Assembly (NCBI GenBank): GCA_963794325.1
Contig: CAWCDG010000005.1
Coordinates: forward strand, 128,001-192,000
From: an uncultured delta proteobacterium
Lineage (GTDB): Bacteria; Desulfobacterota; Binatia; Binatales; Binataceae
DNA: 64,000 bases
Direction of reading: 5' to 3'
Under the pieces are notes generated by a model. It was not told the DNA's origin and made no database searches. It saw only the letters and a list, made by a program, of their open reading frames with translations. The position numbers were made by a program, and so were the translations under genes. Numbering within the stretch: the first letter of the stretch is position 1; each line of letters starts with the position of its first letter. Shown piece after piece: positions 47,428-57,350 of the stretch.

Positions 47428-48054
47428 TTAGTGATGGAATCCGAACGGACTCGACGCCATCCCCATCATTGGACTGCCCGCGGGACGCGCGAACGCAGAC
47501 ATCGTAGGAGGATTCATCCACGGCCCCTGGCTTAGCGGAGGGCGCGCAGCCTGGGTCAGAGGGCTGCTCATCGGCACATAGGCAGATGCGGGAACCGGCG
47601 ACGGCGGCACTGCCGTTCGCGCCACAGTTACCGGATAAGGGTACGGATACACCGCGTACGGAATCGCATAGACTTGCTGGTTCTGGTAGTCGTTCGCGTC
47701 GCCCCAGTCTTGATCAGGCGAGTCGGAGCTGGCGGTGTCGTCATCGTACACCGACGGCGGAGAACCCGGCTGCGGAGCGTTGATGGTCTGATCGTTGGGG
47801 TCATCACCGGCGCTCGCAGTTGGAGCGTTGCACGGGGCTGAAGGGTCGTCCCCGGTGCACGCCGTCTGGGGAATCTCGAGGACCTTGTCGGCCGATGCCG
47901 CGTCCTCATCTATCATCGGGCCAGTGCGATCCCAACTGGCATCGACGCTGGTGCCGGTGACGGAATCGGGATCGTCCTGCGAAAAGGCTGAGCGCGCATT
48001 CACAAACAAGGTGAGCGCGAGCGCTGAACAGATTGCGATGATCACTCGCTTCAT
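47428..48054 (-). CDS. Secreted low-complexity (Asp/Pro-rich) hypothetical protein
   Basis: Typical signal peptide MKRVIIAICSALAL..AFS; one Cys pair. Confidence 0.65.
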   Translation of the reverse strand: MKRVIIAICSALALTLFVNARSAFSQDDPDSVTGTSVDASWDRTGPMIDEDAASADKVLEIPQTACTGDDPSAPCNAPTASAGDDPNDQTINAPQPGSPPSVYDDDTASSDSPDQDWGDANDYQNQQVYAIPYAVYPYPYPVTVARTAVPPSPVPASAYVPMSSPLTQAARPPLSQGPWMNPPTMSAFARPAGSPMMGMASSPFGFHH

Positions 48055-48155
48055 GAATCGACAGTACCACTCGATTCGAGGAGCGCCAAGACGAAATCTG
48101 TAGCGCGCAAGGATAAGGTTTGCACGCTCGCCGCGAGCGGCTAAGATTCCGCGTT

Positions 48156-48900
48156 ATGTCAGAAGCAAAAGTCGCATTGGTAACCGGCGCAGGCCGCGGC
48201 ATCGGCCGCGACATCGCGCTCCGGATGGCAAAAGAAGGATACGCGGTCGGGCTGATCGCGCGGACCAAGTCGCAACTCGACGAAACCGCCGAGCTGATTC
48301 GCGCGCAAGGCGGCAAGGCGGTCGTGACGCCCACTGACGTATCGAAACGCGAGCAGGTCGTCGCGGCGGTCGAGATTGTCGAGCGCGAGCTCGGACCGAT
48401 CTCCGTGTTGATCAACAACGCGGGCGCATACCTGCGCAAACGGTTCACTGAAATCACCGAAGAGGATTTCGACTTCCAGCTCAAGGTGAACGCCTACGGG
48501 CCGTTTTTCTGCACGCAAGCCGTCATCGGCAAGATGGCCGAGCGCAAAGCGGGGACGGTGATCTTCGTGCTGGGATCGGAGTCGCGCAGCGGACCGGCGC
48601 AATACTCGGCGTACAATGCGTCGAAGCTGGCGCAGCGGGCGATCGCGGAGTCAGTGGCCTACGAGTTCATGCATCTCGGGAGTGCATGCCGCCGCGCTCG
48701 ACGTCGATGGGGCGGTGGACAGTGCGCGAGTGCGCGAATCGATGCCCGATGTGGATCCATCGCATTTCGTTCCGCCGGCGGCGATATGCGATGAGATCGT
48801 GCATCTGATCAATCAGTCGAAAAGCGCGTGGACGTTTCAGGTGGACCTGCGAGCGTTCGTGCAATGGCGTCCGCGCGTCGCGCCGAAGAAAAAAGTCTGA
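48156..48900 (+). CDS. SDR oxidoreductase, +1 frameshift near 48680
   Basis: TGAGRGIG, NNAG, YNASK; C-terminus GVHAAALDVDGAVD...SAWTFQVDLR in ORF 48616..48900. Confidence 0.85.
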
Positions 48901-49002
48901 CCGCCCGCGCACACGCGGGCAGATGCGTGGTGTTAGTTTCAAAATCGCTACGGTCGGTCCAAAAATGGCGCAGCTACCACGAATCAGAGCTTCTGGTTTT
49001 AT

Positions 49003-49164
49003 AGTGGGGCGGGCCGCCGTGCCCGCCATGGATGCGCGGGCGTCCGTGCCCGCGCTTACCAATGAATGACTCATCTAACTTCTACCGCAGACGCCTGCCA
49101 ACACTACCGCGAGCGGGAGGCTATATATTTCGGAGGGAAGGCGGGCACGGCGGCCCGCCCCACT
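49003..49164. repeat. Inverted REP doublet, family C
   Basis: GTGGGGCGGGCCGCCGTGCCCGCC ... GGCGGGCACGGCGGCCCGCCCCAC. Confidence 0.8.
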
Positions 49165-49227
49165 GAACCCAGGACACTTCCGCCAGGTGTGGTCTTGTCG
49201 CCATCGAGAATATAATGTTCGACGCGT

Positions 49228-49304
49228 CGGGGTGTGGCGCAGACTGGTAGCGCACTCGCTTGGGGTGCGAGTGGTCGCCGGTTCAAATCCGGCCACCCCG
49301 ACCA
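49228..49304 (+). tRNA. tRNA-Pro (GGG)
   Basis: CGGGGTG acceptor stem, anticodon arm CTCGC-TTGGGGT-GCGAG, GGTTCAAATCC T-arm, CCA end; TATAAT at 49211-49216. Confidence 0.96.
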
Positions 49305-49539
49305 ATTCATCACCATCCCTCCACCGACGAGACTGGCGTCTCGTACAGCACTTGACGCTCGCGAGACTGATCGGGGAAAATGGCGTCACGGCGCCGACCG
49401 GTCGCCGAGCTGTGGAACATCCGCCCCAGCCGGGGTTCCATTGGCGAAGGGGAAACTGCCCTCACGGTCGTCGATGTCCAGGCCATCTCTCTTAATACCG
49501 CGTCGCTGGGGGACGAGGGTGTAAAGAGGAGGCTTGTCC

Positions 49540-50607
49540 ATGACCAAGCACGGCAGTTTCAAGAAGGTTGTCCGGCGCCACGCGCACGACACCGGTCAGC
49601 GCTACACCGAAGCGCTCACCGACCTTGAAGGGCTCCAAGCCCGGATGTTTCACCAGCCCGTGGGTGAGCGTCTAGTCGCCCATCTCCGGGATCACTACGG
49701 CATCGACGCGGTCGCCGCGACGAAGGCCAGTCAGCACCATGACCACGTCTTTCGCGTTGACCGCCGCGACGGCGACCCGTGGATTGCGCGCGCGTTCTCG
49801 CCGGCCCGCCCGCGGGCCGGCGTCGAAGGCGACGCGGCGATCATGCGGTTTCTGGAGCGGCAGGACTACCCGGCGGAGCGGCTCGCGACCGACGACGCGG
49901 TGTCGGCGTTCGACGACTCGACCGTCCTCGTCACCCGATTCGTCCCCGGCGGGCCGCTCCCGGTGGCCGTCGGACACGAGGGCAGCGAGAAGTTCGCCAT
50001 CATGGGTGACCTGCTCGGACGGCTGCATACCCTGCCGTTCGACGAGTCCATCAGCCGCCCCGGTGGGGCGAGCGGCGATGATCCCAGCCGCGAGGGCAGC
50101 CCGCGTCAGGACCTCATGGCGGCCCTCGCGTTCCTCGACGCGGTCCACACGAAGGTCGCTCCGGCCGAGCGCGAGCGATTCGAGCGGCTCCGCGACCAGG
50201 TGCGCTCGGCCGACTACGGCCAGGGCCTGCCCGAGGCGTTGCTGCACGGCAACCTCCTCCACGCTCCGGATCACGTGATCGTGGGCGAGCAAGGGCCGGT
50301 GGCCATCAACTGGAAGGCAGCCGGATGCGGCCCGCGCCTGGTGGACTTTGCCTGGCTTATGTGGGGCACCTGGGGCAACGCGGACTGGATCAAGCTGGCC
50401 GTAGGCGCGTACCGCCAGCACGTCGAGTTGACCGACGACGAGCTCGAGCGGCTCGAGGCGGTGATGTACATACGGCCGCTGTACCTGGGTTGCTTCAGCT
50501 ACCGGCGTGACCTGGTCAACGGCCGCCCGCCCAAAGAAGTGTGGGGCTTCGTTAACCCCGAGCACATCGGCGCAATCGCAGCCGCGACCCGAGCCGCCTT
50601 CCGCTGA
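49540..50607 (+). CDS. APH/choline kinase-fold protein with degenerate catalytic motifs
   Basis: GAGGAGG RBS; VFRV, LVTRFVPG, GDLLGRLH, LLHGNL, AINW, GPRLVDFA. Confidence 0.8.
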   Translation: MTKHGSFKKVVRRHAHDTGQRYTEALTDLEGLQARMFHQPVGERLVAHLRDHYGIDAVAATKASQHHDHVFRVDRRDGDPWIARAFSPARPRAGVEGDAAIMRFLERQDYPAERLATDDAVSAFDDSTVLVTRFVPGGPLPVAVGHEGSEKFAIMGDLLGRLHTLPFDESISRPGGASGDDPSREGSPRQDLMAALAFLDAVHTKVAPAERERFERLRDQVRSADYGQGLPEALLHGNLLHAPDHVIVGEQGPVAINWKAAGCGPRLVDFAWLMWGTWGNADWIKLAVGAYRQHVELTDDELERLEAVMYIRPLYLGCFSYRRDLVNGRPPKEVWGFVNPEHIGAIAAATRAAFR

Positions 50608-50880
50608 CTGCGCGCGGTTTCTTCGGCTCAGCTACGCGCGCGCGAGCCTCCGGAAAAATGTGCCCACTTTTGTTCCGCCCTCCGGATCGTCGGGTAAAAT
50701 TTTCTCAGTTCCAAAAGCCTTTGAATGGCGCGGGTTCGCGTTCCAAGGATTGTCTACGCCTTCAGTGCGAAAATCGATGGCATAGTTTTCGCTTCTTTTG
50801 CGCGCAAATACCTTTGATTTCGAAGCGCTGCTTGCGCTTACAAGGGGAATTTTCTTGCGGCATCAAGTGAGCGCGGAGAG

Positions 50881-52005
50881 GTGAAATTGGATACCAACGG
50901 AAATTTTGGAAGCGCCAGTCGTCGACGCCTGCGCATCGCGCAGATTGCTCCTCTATATGAGAGCGTGCCGCCCCGATTGTACGGCGGCACTGAGCGCGTG
51001 GTGTCGTATGTTACCGAGGAACTTGTGCGACGCGGCCACGAGGTAACGCTGTTCGCGGCGGGCGATTCGCAAACCCGCGCGAATCTCATGCCCGCTTGTC
51101 CGCAAGCACTGCGTCTTATGGGAAAGCCTGACCTCGGGTCATCGTTGCAGTTGGCGATGCTGGCGGAGGTCTTCGAATCTGCTCGCGACAATTTCGACAT
51201 CGTGCATTCGCACATCGACTATTGGTCATTTCCGTTCGCGACCCTGACCGGAGTGCCGACGGTTTCCACGATGCATGGACGCCTCGACATCCCCGACCTT
51301 CATCCTGTTTATCATCGATTTCCCGAGGCCGCGCTGGTGTCGATCAGCGATTCGCAGCGCGCGCCGTTGGCGAATATGAATTGGGCAGCGACCATATATC
51401 ACGGCATGCCGCGCGACATGCTTCGTTTCAATCAACGAGGCGGAAAGTATCTCGCGTTCATCGGACGCATATCGCCCGAGAAAGGCATCGAAACCGCGAT
51501 CGAGGTGGCGCTCAGGTCGGGAGTGCCGCTCAAGATTGCAGCCAAGGTCGACGCAGTCGATCGTGAATACTTCGCCGAAATAATCAAGCCTCGGATCAAG
51601 CCGCCGATGATCGAGTACATCGGCGAAATCGACGACCTGCAGAAGAGCGAGTTTCTCGGCAACGCACTTGCGTTGCTCTTCACGATAGATTGGCCCGAGC
51701 CCTTCGGCCTCGCGATGATCGAGGCACTCGCGTGCGGCACACCGGTCATTGCGCGGCCGTGCGGAGCGGTTCCCGAAGTGATCAGATCGGGCGTCACTGG
51801 ATTTCTCGCAAAGGAACCCGACGACTTGATCGCCGCCGTCGGCAAAATCGATTCGATTCCGCGCGAACGGTGCCGGCTCGAGTTCGAGGAACGCTTCACC
51901 TCGGAAGTGATGATCGCGAAGTACGAACGCGTTTATCATCGCTTGATCGGGCTGGACGCGGCCGAGCCGGAGTTCCAAACGCAGCACGCGGCTATTGGCC
52001 GATAG
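50881..52005 (+). CDS. Glycosyltransferase family 4
   Basis: VPPRLYGGTERVV, GRISPEKG, WPEPFGLAMIEALACGTPV. Confidence 0.93.
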   Translation: MKLDTNGNFGSASRRRLRIAQIAPLYESVPPRLYGGTERVVSYVTEELVRRGHEVTLFAAGDSQTRANLMPACPQALRLMGKPDLGSSLQLAMLAEVFESARDNFDIVHSHIDYWSFPFATLTGVPTVSTMHGRLDIPDLHPVYHRFPEAALVSISDSQRAPLANMNWAATIYHGMPRDMLRFNQRGGKYLAFIGRISPEKGIETAIEVALRSGVPLKIAAKVDAVDREYFAEIIKPRIKPPMIEYIGEIDDLQKSEFLGNALALLFTIDWPEPFGLAMIEALACGTPVIARPCGAVPEVIRSGVTGFLAKEPDDLIAAVGKIDSIPRERCRLEFEERFTSEVMIAKYERVYHRLIGLDAAEPEFQTQHAAIGR

Positions 52006-52074
52006 ACGGCCGGTGATAGACTGCCTTTGATCGGAGCGCACGCTCTGGAATCGTCGCGCCTTCGACACCACACC

Positions 52075-54285
52075 ATGGCAGAACGCAGGGCAAGCGAGCC
52101 GGCGCAGACCGTCGTCAAAGTTGGATCCGACTATTACGTGCTGGCCTCGTCGCTCGCCTCGCGACGCGCGAGCGAGGTGCTCGCAAACGGGCGAAGTTTC
52201 GCGGTCTTCGAGACCGCCGGCGATATCATAGATTCGCCGCTCGAGGCTCTCGGATTTTTCAACAGCGACACGCGGCATCTGAGCCGCTTCGAGATGCTGA
52301 TTGCGGGCGCCGAGCCTTACTTTCTGAACTCCTATCTGAGCGACGATCGCGCGCAGTTCCGCGCCACGCTCACCAACGCTGATCTGGGAAAAAAGGGGCA
52401 GCCGGATTGGCTGCCACGCAATTCGATCAGGGTGAATCGCGGATGGGTGCTCGAGGGCGCCTCGCTGTACCATAGGCTGACGCTGCACAATTATCTTGGC
52501 GCAGCGGTGGAAATCGAGATCGATTTTTACTACGCCGTCGATTTCGCCGATGTCTTCGAAGTACGCGGCCTTCGCCGCAAGCGTCGCGGCGAAATGTTGA
52601 ATCCCTCGGTTGACGGCGCCGGAGTCGAGCTGCGCTATCGCGGTCTCGACAACAAGGTGCGTTCGACCGAGATTCGCTTTGATTCAACGCCCACCGAGAT
52701 AAACGAGCATCGCGCGGTATTCGCGCTACGTCTCGAACCGGGCGAAAACCGCGAGCTCGAATGTCGGGTCACAGCCTCGGGACAATCAGAACCAATTTCC
52801 GGCCGCACTTCGCATAGTGCCGCCAACTTCGTATCGGCGCTCGAAGCACGGCAATCCGAGCTGTCTGCGTTCGAGAGCGGACGGGCGCGAATATCGGCCA
52901 GCAACGGCGAGTTCGCGTCGATGATTCGCCGGTCTGCAGTCGATCTCACTTCGCTTGTCGCAGACTGCGACGAGCGCGGCGCGTTTATCATGGCCGGCGT
53001 TCCGTGGTTCGCCACGCTCTTCGGCCGCGACAGCATAATCACGGCGATGTCGGTCTTGCCGTTTCATCCTGAAATCGCGGCGCGAACGCTGCGGACGCTG
53101 GCGCGCCTGCAGGGCGATACCATCGACGAGGCGCGCGACGAACAGCCGGGCAAAATCGTGCACGAGATGCGCAGCGGCGAGATGGCCGCAACCGGCGAGA
53201 TACCGTTCGGCCGCTATTACGGCAGTGTCGATGCGACTCCGCTTTTTCTCTGGCTGTACGGACGATGCGTCGAATCGACCGGAGACCTCAATCTCGCAAA
53301 CGAGTTGTGGCCCAACGTCGAACGCGCAATCCAGTGGATCGAGCGATGGGGAGATCGCGACGGCAGCGGTTACGTCAAATACAAGCGCGAAACTCCGCGC
53401 GGTCTGGCCAACCAGGGCTGGAAGGATTCCGAGGACGCGATTTTTCACAGCGACGGCGAGCTTGCTCGTCCTCCAATCGCGCTCGCGGAAGTTCAGGGCT
53501 ACGTCTATGCGGCGTGTACCAGCGTAGCCTCGGTCGCGGCCCGTCTCGGGCATCTACAGGAAGCGAATCGGTTGACCATGCGCGCCGCGTCGCTGAAGCG
53601 ATCGTTCGAGCGCGACTTCTGGCTCGAGCCCGAGGGGATGATCGCGCTGGCGTTGGACGCCGACGGACGCCCATGCCGCGTGATGACCTCGAACGGCGCT
53701 CATTGCCTCGCGACCGGCATCATCGAAGGCGAGCATGCGGCCGCGATGTGCAAACGATTACTCGCCGACGATATGTACTCCGGCTGGGGCATCCGCACGC
53801 TCTCGCGCAACGAACGGCGCTACAATCCGATGAGCTATCACAACGGTTCGGTGTGGCCGCACGACAACGCGATGGCCGCACTCGGACTCGCTCGCGCGGG
53901 CGACTATGTTGGCGTCGTCAAAGTGGTCGAAGGTCTGTTCGATGCGTGCGATCAGCTGAAAAACTCCAGTTTGCCCGAACTGTTCTGCGGCTTCCGGCGC
54001 GAGGTGAGTCTCGGCCCGGTGCCGTATCCGGTCGCGTGCTATCCGCAAGCATGGTCGGCGGCGAGCGTATTCATGTTGCTACAAGCGATGCTCGGGATGC
54101 GCGTGTTAGGATTCGAGCGTCGCGTCGTCTTCGACACGCACCTGATTCCCTCGTGGCTGGATTGGCTCAGTATCGACGGACTGCGAGTCGGCGACGGCCG
54201 CGTCTCGTTCGTGCTGCGGCGGTCTCCCAACGGCGCCGCGATCGAAGTGAAGGAAAAATCCGGCGGCGTCCGCGTCGAAGTCTGA
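52075..54285 (+). CDS. Amylo-alpha-1,6-glucosidase / glycogen debranching family protein
   Basis: DTRHLS, AGVPWFATLFGRD, PGKIVHE, YYGSVDATP, NQGWKDS, YHNGSVWPHD, PQAWS. Confidence 0.9.
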   Translation: MAERRASEPAQTVVKVGSDYYVLASSLASRRASEVLANGRSFAVFETAGDIIDSPLEALGFFNSDTRHLSRFEMLIAGAEPYFLNSYLSDDRAQFRATLTNADLGKKGQPDWLPRNSIRVNRGWVLEGASLYHRLTLHNYLGAAVEIEIDFYYAVDFADVFEVRGLRRKRRGEMLNPSVDGAGVELRYRGLDNKVRSTEIRFDSTPTEINEHRAVFALRLEPGENRELECRVTASGQSEPISGRTSHSAANFVSALEARQSELSAFESGRARISASNGEFASMIRRSAVDLTSLVADCDERGAFIMAGVPWFATLFGRDSIITAMSVLPFHPEIAARTLRTLARLQGDTIDEARDEQPGKIVHEMRSGEMAATGEIPFGRYYGSVDATPLFLWLYGRCVESTGDLNLANELWPNVERAIQWIERWGDRDGSGYVKYKRETPRGLANQGWKDSEDAIFHSDGELARPPIALAEVQGYVYAACTSVASVAARLGHLQEANRLTMRAASLKRSFERDFWLEPEGMIALALDADGRPCRVMTSNGAHCLATGIIEGEHAAAMCKRLLADDMYSGWGIRTLSRNERRYNPMSYHNGSVWPHDNAMAALGLARAGDYVGVVKVVEGLFDACDQLKNSSLPELFCGFRREVSLGPVPYPVACYPQAWSAASVFMLLQAMLGMRVLGFERRVVFDTHLIPSWLDWLSIDGLRVGDGRVSFVLRRSPNGAAIEVKEKSGGVRVEV

Positions 54286-54289
54286 TCTC

Positions 54290-55702
54290 CTAGCGCTCCT
54301 GCGTCGAATCTTTTGCTGATGGCGTCGGGGTTTCGCTGGGAGTCGGTTCTTTCGTCGGAGTCAGCGTATCGGTCGGCGTCGCCGACAGCGTCGGAGTTGT
54401 CGAGGGAGTGGGCGACAATGTTGGGGTGAGGCTCGGCGTGAGGGTCGCAGTTGCCGACGGTGTTGGCCGAATCCAGGTAATCGGCTCGCGTCCAAAGATG
54501 AGCGTAGCGCTTTGTCCGGCGCGTGCTTCGGTCATTTGACCGGTGGTCACGAATCGGTCCGCCTTGGGATCGAAAATTTCGGCGCTTGATAGCGGCTTAT
54601 AGTCCGGGTCCCATCCGCCGGCGATCAGCACGGTCCCGTCCGGCAACAGCGTGGCCGAATGTCCAGAACGAGCTTCGACCATCTCGGGTCCCACCACGAA
54701 CTGGTGCGATTCCGGGTCGTAAAACTCGGACGATTTGTCGCCGCGTCCGCCGGCAATCAGCACCCGTCCGTCGGGGAGAAGCGTCGCCGTATGTCCGGCG
54801 CGGCTCTGCGTCATCTTCGGGCCGGCGCTGACGGTTTGGCTCGATTGGTCGAAGATTTCGGTGGTGGTGTCGACCGCACCGCTCCTCGCGAAAGGACATC
54901 CACCCGCGATGAGAACGTGGCCATCCTCGAGCAGCGTCGCAGTGTGATACAGGCGATTGTCGCTGAGCTTGCCGGCGAACTGAAACTTCCCACTGGCGGG
55001 ATCGTAAACCTCGACTTTCTGGAATCCCCCGCCCGCGATCAGTACGCTGCCGTTGCGCAGCAGCGTCGCGGTCTGGCCGTGACGGCTCGACGCCATCGCG
55101 CCGGTTTCGGAAAAAGTATTCGATGCCGGATCGTAAAGCTCGGCCGCCGGTGAGTCGCCTCCGACAATTAAGACTTTGCCGTTATCCAAAGTCGTGAGAG
55201 TCGGCTCGTCGCGGGAATATTTCATGCTCGGCGCCACGACGAATTTGCCGTCGCCCGAATTGAAAATCTCGGCGGAATGCAAAATCCACGGCATTGCCGG
55301 TCCGGGAAATACGTTCAGCGGGACGAGCAGCGTATTGATGCCGCCCACGATTAGAACCTTGTCGATTGCGATCGCAGCCGCTGAGAACTGGTCGCGCCGC
55401 TCGTTCATCGGGGCGATCGGCATGAAGCGGTGTAGATCAGGATCGTAAATCTCGGCGGAACTGAGCACTCCCGGACTTTCTCCCATCGGCCGATCGACAT
55501 AACCGGTGCCGCCCGCAATCAGGACAATCGGTTTCAACGCGGCGGGTGTGATCGTCGATGTAGGCGATGCTTTGTGCGCGATGCCGGTGTCCTCGCCTTC
55601 GACAGCGAAGACCGTGACGGAAAAAATTCCGAGAGCGATCCCGCACAGAAGGATCGCGCGCATGCTCCGGGCAGCGACTGAAATTTCGACGCGTTGTCTC
55701 AT
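54290..55702 (-). CDS. Secreted kelch-repeat beta-propeller with Thr/Pro-rich tail
   Basis: Repeated HTATLLxDGxVLIAGG...AEIFDP; C-terminal TPS/TPT repeats. Confidence 0.88.
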   Translation of the reverse strand: MRQRVEISVAARSMRAILLCGIALGIFSVTVFAVEGEDTGIAHKASPTSTITPAALKPIVLIAGGTGYVDRPMGESPGVLSSAEIYDPDLHRFMPIAPMNERRDQFSAAAIAIDKVLIVGGINTLLVPLNVFPGPAMPWILHSAEIFNSGDGKFVVAPSMKYSRDEPTLTTLDNGKVLIVGGDSPAAELYDPASNTFSETGAMASSRHGQTATLLRNGSVLIAGGGFQKVEVYDPASGKFQFAGKLSDNRLYHTATLLEDGHVLIAGGCPFARSGAVDTTTEIFDQSSQTVSAGPKMTQSRAGHTATLLPDGRVLIAGGRGDKSSEFYDPESHQFVVGPEMVEARSGHSATLLPDGTVLIAGGWDPDYKPLSSAEIFDPKADRFVTTGQMTEARAGQSATLIFGREPITWIRPTPSATATLTPSLTPTLSPTPSTTPTLSATPTDTLTPTKEPTPSETPTPSAKDSTQER

Positions 55703-57117
55703 CCCCTCACCTTGTCTGCGGCTTGGCGGGTGGTTTCGGTATCGGTTGGCCAGGGGTTATGTCGTACTTCGTTCCATTGATCTTCGAGCGCCGATTGCTC
55801 GAGCGTCAGGCCGCGGGTTTCATCGATGAAGAGCCCGAAGATCACGGCGCTTGGAATTCCTAGCAACGCGAGGTAGCGAATGACGCTCGCGAGTCCGCCG
55901 AGCGGCCCGATCAACGCGGCGATCAGAACCTGTGCGAGCATCGAGAATGCGGCCGCGGTTATTCCCTGTGCGCCGATCATTGTGGCGCGCAGTGCAGCGG
56001 GGAAAAGTTCGGTCGCCGCGGAATTCGCGCCGACAGTCATCACGTCGGACGCGACCTTGAACCAGCAATACACCGCGACCAGCCATATGAACGGCCAGCT
56101 CACGAATGTGGGCGGTCCGAGATAGAACGCGAAGGCGCCGAGCCATGCCGCGCCGCCCAGATAAACTACGGTCGGCACTCGACCGAACCGTTCCGACATC
56201 CACGCGCCCAGCGGAAATCCGATCATCCCGACTACCATGCCGGTGACTACCAGCGTGCTTGCGGCTACCGGCGAGAGGCCCAGAATCGAAACCGCTTGAT
56301 AGTAGAGCCAGCCGTTCACGGCCGTGCCGGCGATCGTGTCGAGCGCGGCGCAAGTCAGCAACGTGATGGAGCGGCGTCGATAGATCGGATGAAAAATATC
56401 GTAGAAGTGAGTGCGCATCGCGGTTCCGCTCGATTTTGCGCTCGTCCATTTCGATTGCGCCGGCAGCATCATCGCGACCGGCACTGCCAGAATTATCCCG
56501 GCTACCGACGGCGCCAGGAGCCAGCGCCACGAATAGTTCCACGCCAAAAGCGCGGGGATGATCAGGTAGCCGAGTACACCGCCGACAGCGCTGGCCAAGG
56601 CCGCGGCCGCTTGTCCGCGAGCGCGCTGTTTCACCGGAAGTTCTTCGGCGAGCAACACGATCGCCGACGAGACTGATCCGCCGAGCAGTGCGGAAACCAT
56701 TATCTCGCATGCGGCGAATGCGTTAGCCGTCGGCGACAGCGCTGCTCCGGCACAGAACAGCGGCGCGAGTATCAAGGCGCTGAGAATCACCAACCGGCGT
56801 CCGACTCGATCAGCGAGGCGTGCGAGCAGGAGCGAGCCGAACGCCGATATCGCCATCCACGCAAAAAGCCTCGCGAGCTTGCCCTCATCGAGCGCGAAAC
56901 TCTTCGCTATCCACGGCGACGCGATGCCGACGATCGACAGCGTGTAACCCTGGTACAGCAATAAAATAACGATAGCGGTGACGGTGGTACTGGACCTCGG
57001 ACTGCTGCTTTGTGACGGGCGCGCAGAGTGCGCGGAAGTCGCGCTCTTTGCCGTCCTTTTAATCTTTTGCCTAGCCACAAAGCACTCCGCAGCGAATTCA
57101 AGCGAAATCCGAGCCAA
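55699..57117 (-). CDS. MFS transporter (start uncertain)
   Basis: LADRVGRR and SERFGR motif A, EELP...RARG, TELFPAALRAT. Confidence 0.88.
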   Translation of the reverse strand: MARISLEFAAECFVARQKIKRTAKSATSAHSARPSQSSSPRSSTTVTAIVILLLYQGYTLSIVGIASPWIAKSFALDEGKLARLFAWMAISAFGSLLLARLADRVGRRLVILSALILAPLFCAGAALSPTANAFAACEIMVSALLGGSVSSAIVLLAEELPVKQRARGQAAAALASAVGGVLGYLIIPALLAWNYSWRWLLAPSVAGIILAVPVAMMLPAQSKWTSAKSSGTAMRTHFYDIFHPIYRRRSITLLTCAALDTIAGTAVNGWLYYQAVSILGLSPVAASTLVVTGMVVGMIGFPLGAWMSERFGRVPTVVYLGGAAWLGAFAFYLGPPTFVSWPFIWLVAVYCWFKVASDVMTVGANSAATELFPAALRATMIGAQGITAAAFSMLAQVLIAALIGPLGGLASVIRYLALLGIPSAVIFGLFIDETRGLTLEQSALEDQWNEVRHNPWPTDTETTRQAADKVRG

Positions 57118-57350
57118 CGCCTCGCGCTAGCTTCGAAGCGGCAATCACTCACTTTTCGAAATGGGTTAATCGCTCGACGATTTGGAACGTCTAAAATTTC
57201 ACACGATCCGCCCGCGATAGAGATTTAGAAGCAAATTCCGTCGCGTAATCAGGCGTGGCGACAGGCATACACGTTGCTTTTCCATCAAGGCGAAAGTTTT
57301 TCTCCTCGCCAGCGCACCCCTCCACGCCAGGTATTTGTTGAGGTATTTGT

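Noticed and set aside
5977-49164. Repeats as a CRISPR array
   Set aside because: Copies are dispersed and palindromic, not regularly spaced with unique spacers, and no cas genes are present.
54300-54470. Short tandem repeats at the 3' end of the kelch gene
   Set aside because: They encode an ordinary Thr/Pro-rich linker-like tail with degenerate codons, not a DNA-level array.
49228-57000. Prophage or integrative element at tRNA-Pro
   Set aside because: No integrase, phage genes or recognisable attR duplication in the window.
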